Source of the DNA: Octopus sinensis
Taxonomy: Eukaryota
Assembly: GCF_006345805.1 (NCBI RefSeq)
Contig: NC_043010.1
Location: 35,216,001 to 35,280,000, forward strand
Direction of reading: 5' to 3'
DNA: 64,000 nt
Each line of letters starts with the position of its first letter. The stretch's first letter is position 1. The position numbers and the translations under genes are program-made. The notes beneath the pieces are model-generated. The model searched no databases. It was not told where the DNA came from and was given only the letters and a program-made list of their open reading frames with translations. This document shows positions 1-11,560 of this stretch, in pieces.

Positions 1-455
1 CACCCATGCTGGTGACATGTTAAGGCACCCATGCTGGTGACACATTAAGGCACCCATGCTGGTGACACGTTAAGGCATCCATGCTGGTGACACGTAAAGG
101 CACCCATACTGGTGACACGTAAAGGCACCCATGCTGGTGACACGTTAAGGCACCCATGCTGGTGACACGTTAAGGCATCCATGCTGGTGACACGTTAAGG
201 CACCCATACTGGTGACACGTAAAGGCACCCATGCTGGTGACACGTTAAGGCACCCATGCTAGTGACACATGAAAGCAGCCATACTGATGACACATAAAAG
301 GCACCCACTATACTCTTGGAGTGGTTGGCATTAGAAAAGGCATTCAGCTATAGAAAGCAAGCCAAAATCAGACTGGAACCTGGTGCAGCTCTCCAGCTTA
401 CCACTTTCAGTCAAACTGTTTAACCCTTTACCAACATGGAAAGCAGACATTAACT
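1..455 (+). repeat. 25-bp tandem array (CACCCATGCTGGTGACACGTTAAGG, ~11-12 copies) running into SINE-like family D body
   Basis: Period 25 (units start at 1, 26, 51...); body continues GCACCCACTATACTCTTGGAGTGGTTGGC, as in family D copies. Confidence 0.85.
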
Positions 456-635
456 GTTATGGTTCTAATATAAACACTATTAGACAGCATAAGAAACAAT
501 GTTTGACAGAAAAGAGGTACAGGCCTTTTGATGGGAATTGCCAAAGAGTCAGTTTTAGCAAGAGTAATGTTAATCTCTTCCAACAGGTAATCAAGTAATA
601 CCAACACATGTGGTAAACTGAGTATAGAACTTTAC

Positions 636-717
636 CTGCCACTTCTTCACCAAAATGATCTTCAATTTCTTGCAGAGTGGTGTCTGTATCTTCTACTGTG
701 TCATGAAGTAGTGCTGC
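636..717 (-). CDS. HDDC3: HDDC3/MESH1 coding exon 3 (contains HD motif); remaining exons lie left of the window
   Basis: ttgcag|GCA...GCAG|gtaaag; 82 nt; AALLHDTVEDTDTTLQEIEDHFGEEVA(G), the LHDTVEDT signature. Confidence 0.95.
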
Positions 718-1840
718 CTGCAAAGAAAGAAATATATATTTGGTCTTTGATATATATTTGTGTGTATATGTGTATATGTATATATATATATACATATTTA
801 TGGAAAGAAACAAGATTAAAAGACACAAATTTATTTTACAAGACTAAAGAATATATTAGAATCATAATAGCAAAAGTATTACACAATATTGTACAAAATA
901 AGATTATTTTGTTCCAACATAATTGGTTTCACTATCACTTTTCAAATTATGAGTTTTGGATGAATTTCTGAATGTCTAATACAGAAATTCATCCAAAACT
1001 CTTAATTTGAAAAGGATAGCAAAACTGGTTATTCGGTTGGAAGAAAAAAAATCTTGTTTTGTACAATATTGTGTAATACTTTTGCTATTATCTTGTAAAA
1101 CAAATCTTGTGTTTTTTAATCTTATTTCTTTCTGTATATATTCAACTACGTGTAATCACCCACCATACTTTCTACATTATATACATATATATATAAATAT
1201 ACATATTATGTAAGGAAATATATACTAGGAATTCCCTTTTCTGGCTGGTAAATCAGTGTTTAAATATATATATATATCCTTTAGGATGCCTTCTAAGTGT
1301 TACCCACCATTCTTGTCTTTTTGACCTTAAGGTTATATTTTCTCACTTCTTATTTATTTCATCTTTGTCCATCATCTTAAATTACATTTATTCACTTTCG
1401 TATATCCACTCTGTATTGTTTTGCTTGCTCTCAACCCTATATTCTCTGCAACTTTCGTGGACACTGCCAGCATGAGAAGTTCTCAGTCTTATTTTTAATG
1501 GTGCAAAACTGAGTTGTACCATTTGGTTGACAACTGATAAAGAATTAGGGACCTTTTGTGTCTGTCTCCCGTCTGCTTGCACACTCAGTATATGGCATGT
1601 ATTTTTTATGTGTCGTTTGTTTATTTACAATAATTTTTTTTTTATTTATTAAGTAATGAAATGAAAACACACCCCGACTTTTGTCAACAGTAAGTTTCGC
1701 ATATATATATATATATATATCTTATATCTCTTTTACGTGTTTCAGTCATTTGACTGCGGCCATACTGGAGCACTGCTTTTAGTTGAGTAAATCGACCCCA
1801 GAAAAATATATTAAAATAAACAAATAAATCAAGTGATTAC

Positions 1841-1896
1841 CTGGATGACCAGTGGGTCAGTAATACCTCCTTCGTTGGTCAGTATGTAGGACACAC
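1841..1896 (-). CDS. HDDC3: HDDC3/MESH1 coding exon 2
   Basis: ttag|GT...CAG|gtaat; 56 nt; (G)VSYILTNEGGITDPLVIQ, phase-compatible with exons 1 and 3. Confidence 0.93.
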
Positions 1897-2614
1897 CTAA
1901 GTGACAAATAGAATGCAAAATCAATATCCATTTTGAATATATATTCTTAATGGAAATAGGCTACTTATAAGAAGTACAAAAGCTAACAAATGTCAAGAAC
2001 AATAACTCTTAATAAATATATCAGACTCTGACCACACTTAATATTAACATCTGATATGACTAAAATATCTGTTGCTTTCACTAGTTGACTTTAAAGACTC
2101 CAGTCTCACTCCAATCTATATTTGTTTATATTACCCCAAAATTTTGACCAACTGATCTACCTTATTATTTTTAGATTTAAAACATCACCAGAGGGATTTT
2201 TTATTTACTGTATCAAATGCACAAATATATATTGACCAGAATAAACATGAGTACACTAGCAGCAAATTAGGGGCCCAAATTTTAGATATCATTAATAATT
2301 GTTGGAGGTCAAAGTGACTTCTGACTCAGAGGTGAAAGGTTGGTTGTTGGGATATAATACTAGCTATTGTAAGGAGTTGCTTTCTTCAGAAGAGATCCTT
2401 GGAAATAGGGAAACCTAGCATTTGGAACAATCATGAAGTTGCTAGCTAAGTGTTGCTCATGACTAAGGGGAAAGACTCACTGTTTTCTTGATATGTATAG
2501 CATTTGTGTTCCTTTTTTATGATAGACGGACAAGATTGGTATATCCCCATTGGAAGATGCTTTTGAAATCTCTGTTCATGAAATCAGTGAGGATTTGGCA
2601 TGTGGTGTCTTGGC

Positions 2615-2935
2615 TGCAATAATGACCATGGGATAGCACCCAGAATGACCATGGGATAGCACCCAGAATGACCATGGGATAGCACCTGCAATAATGACCA
2701 TGGGATAGCACCTAGAATGACCATGGGATAGCACCTAGAAAGTTCCCCTCCAAGGCACAAGTTGCCCATGCAGACCAGCCTCCCCTCTCCACACCACAGA
2801 TGTTATCCAAGGGAAAGGCAAAGGCTGATACAGCTTGGCACCAGTGATATTACAACTCCAAGAATACAACACACAGGCCAGTCTAGGAACTGAACTCACT
2901 ACTTCATGATGCTCTAACCACTGAGCCATATGCCT
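2615..2935 (-). mobile_element. SINE relic whose 3' tail is amplified as a ~21-24-bp minisatellite (TGACCATGGGATAGCACC, 5 copies, 2625-2740)
   Basis: Body homologous to the + strand copy at ~57480-57740 (TGGAGAGGGGAGGCT...CTAGGTGCA.TCCCATG). Confidence 0.65.
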
Positions 2936-3155
2936 TAGTTTGCTGTGAGAAAGAAGCGAGATGAGGTTCTGTCAGAAACACTGGATTTCTCCTCTTCCTT
3001 ACAATAAACTAAATTATGTATACCATTTTTTGAATTTGTTATATATTATGTTTTGGGTTATTAGTGAATTGTAAGAAAATTCAAGAAACAGCCTAATCTT
3101 AATCAATAATAGGTCGATTTGTGCACATTAAGGACTAGAGTAATAAAGAGCTTAA

Positions 3156-3376
3156 CCCTTTCATTACCAACCCGGCTGAAACCGGCTCTGGCTCTTTAGT
3201 ATAAATGTCTTGTTTTCATAAGTTTTGAATTCAAATCTTCCACCAAATCTTAGTTAAAATTTATGTTCTTAACACTAGCTTAATGATAACAAAGTTAATT
3301 TATTAAATTCTTTGTTATAGTTGAAGTAATTGAAAGAAACACAGAGCATCTCAAAATAAATACAGTAATAAAAGGG
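3156..3376. mobile_element. piggyBac-type MITE copy 1 (TTAA TSD; right TSD mutated to TTGA)
   Basis: TTAA|CCCTTTCATTAC...GTAATAAAAGGG|TTGA; homologous to copies at 37997 and 61758. Confidence 0.8.
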
Positions 3377-3759
3377 TTGAAGTAAGAATAAAATAAGTAG
3401 TGGGAAAGAAAATAATATTATTCAATGACTAATATGTTGCCTCAGACACATTTTGCTATCATCACCTGAGGATAGTCTGACAGTACAAGATTTCGTACTA
3501 TTGTAATATTCAAACTTTAAATATGCTGACATCAACTGATCTATTGTTTATCATGTAGATGGCATGTCATATTTATTTAATTTTAAACAATTTTATTTTT
3601 CTGTCAACAAATATATACTTCTAAATATTAACAATTTGTTTGCTATAACTTTGACAAGCTACAATGCAGCTATATTTTGATAAGAACACAAAGCAAATGC
3701 AGAAAAATATCTGAAATTGTTTCTTGTAGTTGCTGGTTAAAAGAAATATTATTATCCTG

Positions 3760-4350
3760 GTATGAATATTGCAAGGAGACACTCTCATGCCCTTCTCCCT
3801 TTCCATTATAGTCCAGGATTATACACTTGGAGGCTATTAATAAATGTGAACAGGAACATTGCCTTCTCTATTACACCTTAGAAGTCTGTTTCCCTACTAT
3901 AGGCCTAATGGATGTGGACTGTGCAAATATCATCATCCTGCTGTTTGACCATAAGGAGCAAGCTCAGAAGCTTTTGAGCAGAGTGGAGGTTGGTCTTTGA
4001 TTGAAGCCATGAAAACCAAGGTCATCACTTACAATGTATTCCAAGGCCATGCACCACTAATGACAACAGGAGTGCTACTCAAATGGAAATCAGACTTCAG
4101 ATATCTGAGCAAAACCTCAGTGAGAAAGGAATTTTACATGAAAGACTTTGAATAGCATATCCAGTGAATGGACATATTAATCTCAGCTTCTCATATTCAG
4201 CTGTAGAGTTTATGTTACTATGTTACTGTGAACGCTGGACTCTAAAATATAGAAGCAGGAATTACTGGATGCTAACAAGAAGTTTGGAAGACTGGCATAG
4301 CTGAGGGGACCCACTTGCAGCCTTGTCTAAGAATAATAATAATAATAATG
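3760..4350 (+). mobile_element. Degenerate RTE-clade LINE reverse transcriptase fragment
   Basis: ILQGDTLMPF, MDVDCANIIILLFDHKEQAQKLLSRVE, EFMLLCYCERWTL (cf. GVLQGDTLAP, DLDFADD, LLYGCE.W); (AAT)n tail near 4335. Confidence 0.75.
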
Positions 4351-4369
4351 AAATTATTGTATACAGTGC

Positions 4370-4730
4370 TCAGGTGCACCACAACTTGTCAAAAGTGTGT
4401 ATAAAGCATATGCAGTAATGTACAAATGTCTGGAAAGCGAACAATGTATGAGTCAGATACATGCTTGTGTGTGTATAGAGGGAGAATTCAGGTGTAGTGT
4501 TGGCGAATCTCAGAAAGCATGGAAGTTTTGAAGGATGCAGTGCTCCGACAACTAACAACTGATGCCGGCAGTTTGTTCCATGCTTCAGCAACTCTCGGCG
4601 TGAAAATATGTTTCCTAAAGTCATGGGAGCTGTGCTGTTTTCTGACTTTGTAAATATGTCCACGGGTGTTAGACGGGTGGAGTTTGAAAAGGTGCTCAGA
4701 GTTATTGTTTGTAAGATGACCTAAATAATG
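4370..4730 (-). mobile_element. CR1-type LINE 3' end
   Basis: Minus frame NTRGHIYKVRKQHSSHDFRKHIFTPRVAEAWNKLPASVV, the typical CR1 TRGH..K / F..RV...WN.LP terminus. Confidence 0.8.
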
Positions 4731-5608
4731 ATTAAACTTAACACTAATTTGTTTCCCATAGATGAATGGTTTAAGATACTATCCTAATAATCAACCAAGA
4801 ACCTGATATTAGCCAGCTATGAAGAACACTGCCTTCTGGGCGACTACAATAAGAAAAATCATTTCCTGTACTTTATTGCAAAACAGGAAAGCGGCATTAA
4901 TTAAAGGGACATAACTCTGTTATAACTCTATTTTAATAATTGACAAAATTCTCCGGAAAGTTTCTTTAATCATAATATGCATGTCTTCTTAATGCCTTAG
5001 TTATTTTCTACATATTTACCGTTAGTAATGAAAAACTGAACTTATCTTAAGGTCCATCAAGTAAAACTCCTTAAACTGATGGAAACAACAACTGTGTACG
5101 AAACTAAGGCAAGTTCAGTTTTGCTGCCGATCTTAAATTTGTCTTCTTTTGACAAAGTACGTGGATTCAATTAATAATGATATAATTAAGCTTACAATTA
5201 GGTTAAGCTAACCAACATTTCAGACAGCAGAAAAGCAAAACAAAATACATGTTTCTGAAAATGAAGGGCTCGTACTTCAAGGGAAACGGATATGGGATTT
5301 TACGACTGAACTTGGTTTCGTAGAGGAATAAATTAAATGCGGCATATATCAAATGCCATAGCTTCGATCATATATTGAAATCGCTCGTTATTCTTGGCTT
5401 ATCGGCAGCTTACTGATGAAATTAGGTACAAAATCACATATTTTGGGTCTAAGAATAGTATAATATATCGACCACAGCTTGATTTGATCTCGACACCTAA
5501 AGGGAAATAATTATGTTCTATTAGGTGCGAGTCATCCCGCAGTTCTATAAAGTAAAGCTCTTAGATCTTGCCAGCCTTACATTTCAAAAATGAATCGCAA
5601 GAAAATAC

Positions 5609-5720
5609 CTATTGGATGGTTTATGTATGGTGTTCCTTCCACGTCTTTGCGTTTTTGATTTTTGTGTTTAATAGCCGCGAAGTTGGCACATTTGATCACT
5701 GTACTTAACATATCTTCCAT
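5609..5720 (-). CDS. HDDC3: HDDC3/MESH1 coding exon 1 (ppGpp hydrolase / NADPH phosphatase, HD domain)
   Basis: ATG at 5720; translates MEDMLSTVIKCANFAAIKHKNQKRKDVEGTPYINHPI(G), matching the MESH1 N-terminus (FAA.KH..Q.RKD.EGTPYINHPIG); phase-1 GT donor at 5608-5607. Confidence 0.95.
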
Positions 5721-5998
5721 GTTTACATTTGTACACAATGCAAACGTGTAAAGCTAGCGAACATTTCAGAAACGAACGTAAAACAAATAGCAGCTCATCC
5801 CACTCACGATTTTTCCGGCTTCTACCTTTGCTTTCATTCTGAATGGGCAATTAACTTTATTTATAGTCTACCAATGTAGCAAAAAGAAAGCACGAAAAAT
5901 ATTTGTAGGGTTTTTTTTTCTCCCCTTTCAATTCATAAGTGTTTAAAACGAAAAAAAAAGTGTCCATACACTTTCGATTATCACTGCTATGTGGTTTA

Positions 5999-7592
5999 AT
6001 GCAGTTTCGCACCTCTCCTTGAAAAATGCATTTTTTTAAAAAAGTTTTTTTAGATCTTTTCCTTTTGAACGGCACTTTGTAACTATTTCTAGGTAACTAA
6101 AAAGTTTTAAACTTCGTATACTGGTAGAATGTGTTTATAAAACATCATTTTCTCTTGGCTTTATTGAGAAAATTCTATAGGTTGTAAGATATTTCGTCTT
6201 TAATTTCGAGCATTTCGGCAATTTTAACCAATCGCCGACGTCCATTTAGGTAAATAACATTCTGTGCATAATGAATATGTCTCTCCTTCAAGAAAAAGAT
6301 TATGTTTATTTACATTTGTGAAGAAAAAAAGATACCTTTCCCCAATCCCTAACCCTAACTCTAACCCTAAATCTAAAATAGATTGAAATGCAATAGATCG
6401 ATACTAGGACCATAATTATGGGTGATATTTTCATTTGACACCGCTAGAAAAAATCCCATTTTCCGTAGCGGTGTCGTATGAAATTGTCACCCATAATTAT
6501 AACCCTGGTATCGATCTATTTTAAATTTAGGGTTAGGGATTGGGGGAAGGGTATCTTTTTTCTTCACAAATGTAAATAAACCCAATCTGTTTCTTAAAGG
6601 AGGGACATATTATGCACAGAATGTTATTTACGTAAATGGACGTCGGCGATTGGTTAAAATTGCCGAAATGCTCGAAATTAAAGACGAAATATCTTACAAA
6701 CTATAGAATTTTCTCAATAAAGCCAAGAAAAAATGATGTTTTATAAACACATTCTACCAGTATACGAAGTTTAAAACTTTTTAGTTACCTAAAAATTATG
6801 TTACAAAGTGCCATTCAAAAGGAAAAGATCCGTTTTTTTTTTTCAAATTCCTACGTTTTAGATGTCGGAGATTACGAATATGCAAAAAAATTTTAACACC
6901 CCCATCACCACCACCACTCCCATTTAAAATTTTGAACTTTCTCGAATTTTTTTTTCTTCCTATGTTTTAGATGATGGAGATTCCGGATATGCAAGAAACT
7001 ACGTTTTGAAACTTTTAAATTCAGTAAGATAGGTGTATAAAGAAATAGATACATATAAATGTCTTCCTGGGGCTACCGTCTTCTATAGGACCGCCACAGT
7101 TGACAAGTATATTTTATGAATAAACGGATAGGGATAAATAGATAGACAGACAAATAAATAGATGGATGGATGAAAATGCTCAAAATTTAAAATTGGAGAG
7201 GGGTGAAATTTGAGTCCCTTATTAAACTTTATAACATTAATTATAAAATATTAATGTTTGTTTCTCATAAAATGACTCACATAGGGATGTGGTGTATATT
7301 TAATTTACATTATATTATTTACGATTTTTTAAGGCAAACGCAAGTAAAACGCAAATTCTTTTCACTTTAATGTTTTTGTCTGTATTTAATTTCGATTTGC
7401 ATATGTTCGTCAGTTTGCTACGATCTCTTTAAAGTAAACAAAATCAAAAATTTTAATGTGGGGTGGAGAATTAAAATTTTCTCCTTTTTTTTTTTTTGCA
7501 TATTCGTAATCTCCGACATCTAAAACGTACGAATCCGAAAGAAAAAATTTTCAGAAAAAATGCATTTTCCAAGGAAAGGTGCGAAACTGCAT
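5999..7592. mobile_element. Composite fold-back / non-autonomous DNA element with ~40-bp terminal inverted repeats and apparent TA TSD
   Basis: TA|ATGCAGTTTCGCACC...GGTGCGAAACTGCAT|TA; internal hairpin with arms 6053-6446 / 6466-6830; second inverted pair ~6846-6890 / ~7493-7535. Confidence 0.7.
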
Positions 7593-7594
7593 TA

Positions 7595-7970
7595 GCACCC
7601 AGCTATGTATACTAAAATTACAGTCAATGTTTATAAATACTTTGCTGAAGAAATTGGTTGCACAGGATCCTAGATCACCTGACGTCTCAACGGCAACAGG
7701 CAAACACGGATAGCGGCCAACTAGGCTCCAATACATACTGAGTTCTCTCTCCTCTGTGTTACATGCGGCGACACCAAGGTTTACGACAGATGCCGCAAAG
7801 TTGGATCCAGAGAACGTGTTGCTGCACGTTGCATCCTAGACTACGGGTCTACCTCCCTCGAATCGGAAGAGGATTATCCCGTCGGGGTGCTTACCGTCCC
7901 CACAGTCGGGACCTGCAGGCTCAAGTTGAGACAGGATGCCAGCTACGTCAAGGCCTCTTCTCCCATTCAA
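7595..7970 (-). mobile_element. Relic C-terminal restriction-like endonuclease region of a CRE-like non-LTR retrotransposon
   Basis: Minus frame reads GDGKHPDGIILFRFEGGRPVV*DATCSNTF...AACNTEERELSMYWSLVGRY...PVAVETSGDLG, resembling recalled CRE-type RPDG..W D.TC.DT...K..KY...P.AVET.G; TGG>TAG at 7838-7836. Confidence 0.75.
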
Positions 7971-8439
7971 GAATATTTATAACTATATATCGGTTGACAA
8001 AACGCTACTAAAAACTAACTTCAATAGGAAAGTGTGTGTGCGCGCGCGTGATAAATACAGTTTTACTTCACGATTTCTTGCCAAAAGAGAAAGAGTCGGA
8101 TTCTAACCTAGATTCAAGGCCCGTTCATTGGAATTTCAACAACATGAACAGGGTATTTTTGCATGTATGTGGATATATGTGCAGTATTTGGAGTCAGTGC
8201 GCATGCAAATTTGTATGTTTTGTTTTATATATGTATTCTCATGCTTATAGTTATATGTATAGACAGGCGCGTGCATATGTGTGTGTGTTTGGACACTCAC
8301 ATACACACGTAACAATGTCTCCACTTCTGGTTTTTGTGTTGGCTGTGATTTTAATACATACTACAATGACTTCGATTGCGATACAAAAGTGGTCGAGCAC
8401 CAAAAATTGCCGATGTACTTATTTATTTGATTAAAGTTA

Positions 8440-8650
8440 ATCCAAACATGAAAACACAACAACGCGAAGACGTGGAACAAGTATAGTGTTATTGGACGTT
8501 CAGGAAAGGAAAGAAAGAAGGAGGATTTAACGATTCGAGCGGAGCTCTTCGTCAGAAACATAGAAAAAGGAAAGATCCAAAGAAGGGAAGACGGAGGGAA
8601 AAAAATTGCCAACGATACACACGCGACTAGGACCCCGAGCAATTATAATA
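8440..8650 (-). mobile_element. Penelope-type terminal repeat fragment with degenerate hammerhead motif
   Basis: Minus strand CTGACGA-AGAGCTCCGCTC-GAAT-CGTTAAA at 8555-8526. Confidence 0.5.
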
Positions 8651-9399
8651 ACTCGGAGAAGAAGCCAACAATGTAGCTAACATCCTTCAAATTACAACCT
8701 ACCATTTAAAACAAAAAGCGTATTGGATAATGTGGTTCAGGCACTTCATGTCGGAGTGAAAAATGGGATGGTCACAGCTGGAACGATTTTAATTACAGGT
8801 CTGCCTGACCGGGGCTGCAGACACCGGTCTTTCCTGTATTCCATGCATCACTTCCTACAAGCACGCAAATCATATATATTGTTCTTCTCCAAATCTCTAA
8901 TCTCTCAGCCCTTATCTATAGCCCATCTTTTCTGTCTTTGTTATACTCAACTTTGAAATTTACTTTAATAATTATAGACTCCATTCCCCCGCTTTATCCC
9001 GCCTCACCTGGATATCAACAAGAAAAAACTGGGTATATAATTAATTAAATTTGTTTCAATATGTAATTCAGGATGAGTAACTCTTATCTTTAGTAGTAAT
9101 TTGACAATTCTGCACATGTTTCTGGTGGATTAGAGCTCGTCAGCAAAGTATGGTCCGCAAAACGCGACTGTTAAGGGGAGAAATAGCGATAGACGAGATA
9201 TGATCAATGAGTTGTTAGTGGCTGGAGATATTGGGAAATCGGTAGCGGCAGTGAATATATATAGAAGATTGAAGAAGGGACACTGAGCTCACTTAACCCC
9301 TCGACTGCATTTCGTTCTGCCTTAAGGACATCTATATAATCCACAGCTTTTCATTTATCTGCTTTTTGTTTCTATCAGAAGTAATCATTTACTTATGCT

Positions 9400-9670
9400 C
9401 ACAAATATAGGCACAAGGAATACAAAAACACTTATCCTCACAAATATAGGCACAAGGACTGAAAAGAATTTTAGTCACAACTATAAGCACAAGGACTAAA
9501 AAACACTTATCCTCACATCTATAGGCACATGGACTGAAAAACACTTATCCTCACAACTATAGGCACAAGGACTAAAAAAGGACTTATCATCACAACTATA
9601 GGCACAAGGACTAAAAACACTTATCCCCACAACTATAGGCACAAGGACTGAAAAATCACTTATCCTTTAT
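9400..9670. repeat. Minisatellite, ~38-40-bp unit (CACTTATCCTCACAACTATAGGCACAAGGACT.AAAA), ~7 copies
   Basis: Direct inspection. Confidence 0.85.
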
Positions 9671-10118
9671 ACCCTTTGGCACACGCCACTCGTCTCGGAC
9701 AACGATGTATCTTTGACCAGCCAGTCTCCGCTTTCGTCTACACCAGACGCCTGCCTACATCGTTGCTGTATGAACACTGCACAATCAACAGACTAACGGC
9801 TGCCTCTACACACCAGCAAACAGTACGCCATCTATGTCTACAGAATCAACAGCCCCGCCCCACCACGATGTCTTTCACATATCTTTGTTGCAACCTGTTG
9901 TGTTATTTTAGTTTATGTATGGCAGTCATTGTATTTCATAACGGAGAATAAATCGTCGCTTACCAGTGCCTTTCATCTCAAGTCGTATATCATTTACTTA
10001 TTTATTTATCTTCGTTGTAGCTCCACTAAGATGCAACCTAAAAATTTTAACAGTATTTATTGATTGAACTAAATGCAAATTAGGTAAGTTACTGTGAACA
10101 TAACGAAAAGCTAACGTA

Positions 10119-10496
10119 TAGGCGCAGGAGTAGCTGTGTGGTAAGTAGCTTGCTTACCAACCACATGGTTCCGGGTTCAGTCCCACTGCGTGGCACCTTG
10201 GGCAAGTGTCTTCTACTATAGCCTCGGGTCGACTGAGTGGATTTGGTAGACGGAAACTGAAAGAAGCCTGACGTATATGTATGTATATATATATGTGTGT
10301 GTGTGTTTGTCCTCCCAACATCGCTTGACAACCGATGCTGTTGTGTTTGCGTCCCCGTAACTTAGCGGTTCGGCAAAAGAGACCGATAGAATAAGTACTA
10401 GGCTTACAAAGAATAAATACCGGGGTCGATTTGCTCGACTAAAGGCGGTGCTCCAGCATGACCGCAGTCAAAATGACTGAAACAAGTAAAAGAGAG
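10119..10496 (+). mobile_element. tRNA-type SINE family A (internal TA/TG microsatellite)
   Basis: GGCGCAGGAGTAGCTGTGTGGTAAG...GGTTCAGTCCC (B-box-like)...GACTGAAACAAGTAAAAGAG; many homologs in window. Confidence 0.8.
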
Positions 10497-11309
10497 TATA
10501 AATAAATATGCTGTGACGAAAAATCCAAGTCATTCAATAACTAATATTTTCCGGACCAGTACAGGAAACAAATCCAGGCATGTAACGGTATTGTTATGGA
10601 CTTCTCGGCGAGGCTAGACTTGCCGAAGTCATGTTAAATGAATCAATTATTAAATAAGCAATATTGTACACGTATTGAATTACCGAGATTACATCTTTTG
10701 CTTAGTTGATCTATTTCACTTCTAAGTAAACTAATTTAGTCCATAGTGTCTTCTTTAGTAAATGACTCGTAATGTATTAATTAGTTCCCTCAAATAATAG
10801 AATCATGCAGGTGTAAGCTTATCGTGTCCAATAATGTTAGTAACATGGACTTAGTTCGTGTGCCGTTAAGTATTGGTGAAAATTGGAACTATTCTTAGAA
10901 GAAGTTAGATAACTCTCAAATTGCTCTTAAATTTTAAGAGTTATTTCCCTTATATGTATTTTTCATTATGTGTATTAATTTTATTGTTTTTCATTGGAGA
11001 CATTATGCCAATAATAAACACTCAGATTAATTTATTTCATTTTTTTATTTTCATTAGTCAGTTGGTTCAATGGAAAACCAATTGACTAATAATGTTTATT
11101 ATTGGCATAAAGACCTTCCTGGGAAACAACAAAATGCGTCACAATACGCGAGTTCATATCAAGAATTTTGTAAACTATATACAAAACCAGAAAGTGGTTT
11201 TCGTCTTTAGTAAAACAAAATTTTTAATTATTAATGTGAAACCAAAGAAAATTTGTTTTCTTTAACTTCACATCCATTTTTTTCTTTTTTTTTATTGCAG
11301 TCATCCGTT

Positions 11310-11560
11310 ATTAAAGGCTTGTCATTTGGTGGAAGCACTCCGTCGGTTACGACGATGAGGGTTCCGGTTGATCCGAATCAACGGAACAGCCTGCTCGTAA
11401 AATTAACGTGTAAGTGGCTGAGCACTCCACAGACACGTGCACCCTTAACGTAGTTCTCGGGGATATTCAGCGTGACACAGAGAGTGACAAGGCCGGCCCC
11501 TTGAAATACAGGTACAACAGAAACAGGAAGTAAGAGTGAGAGAAAGTGCTTGTCATTTAC
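11310..11560 (+). repeat. Dispersed SINE-related repeat family E (also ~40125-40405 +, 60420-60720 +, 61985-62160 -)
   Basis: Shared core GTTGATCC.ATCAAC.GAACAGCCTG...GTGGCTGAGCACTCCACAGACACGT. Confidence 0.7.

Noticed and set aside
1-300. Regular repeat arrays resembling CRISPR (also 9400-9670, 29875-30003)
   Set aside because: Head-to-tail units without unique spacers; eukaryotic context; no cas genes
457-828. 123-aa ORF as a complete gene
   Set aside because: Only 636-717 is coding (HDDC3 exon 3); the rest is intron read-through
6347-6370. Telomere-like (CCCTAA)n / (TTAGGG)n
   Set aside because: Only 2-4 units, embedded in the arms of the fold-back element; not a telomere
7763-8011. 82-aa plus-strand ORF as a divergent gene partner of HDDC3
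   Set aside because: Antisense shadow of the CRE-like relic; no splice or domain support
9680-10060. CpG-rich unique segment, possible LTR or retrotransposon remnant
   Set aside because: No paired LTR, PBS/PPT or protein motif could be identified
10599-10630. GC-rich hairpin GACTTCTCGGCGAG/CTTGCCGAAGTC
   Set aside because: Isolated, imperfect, lacks a Helitron CTRR end or other context
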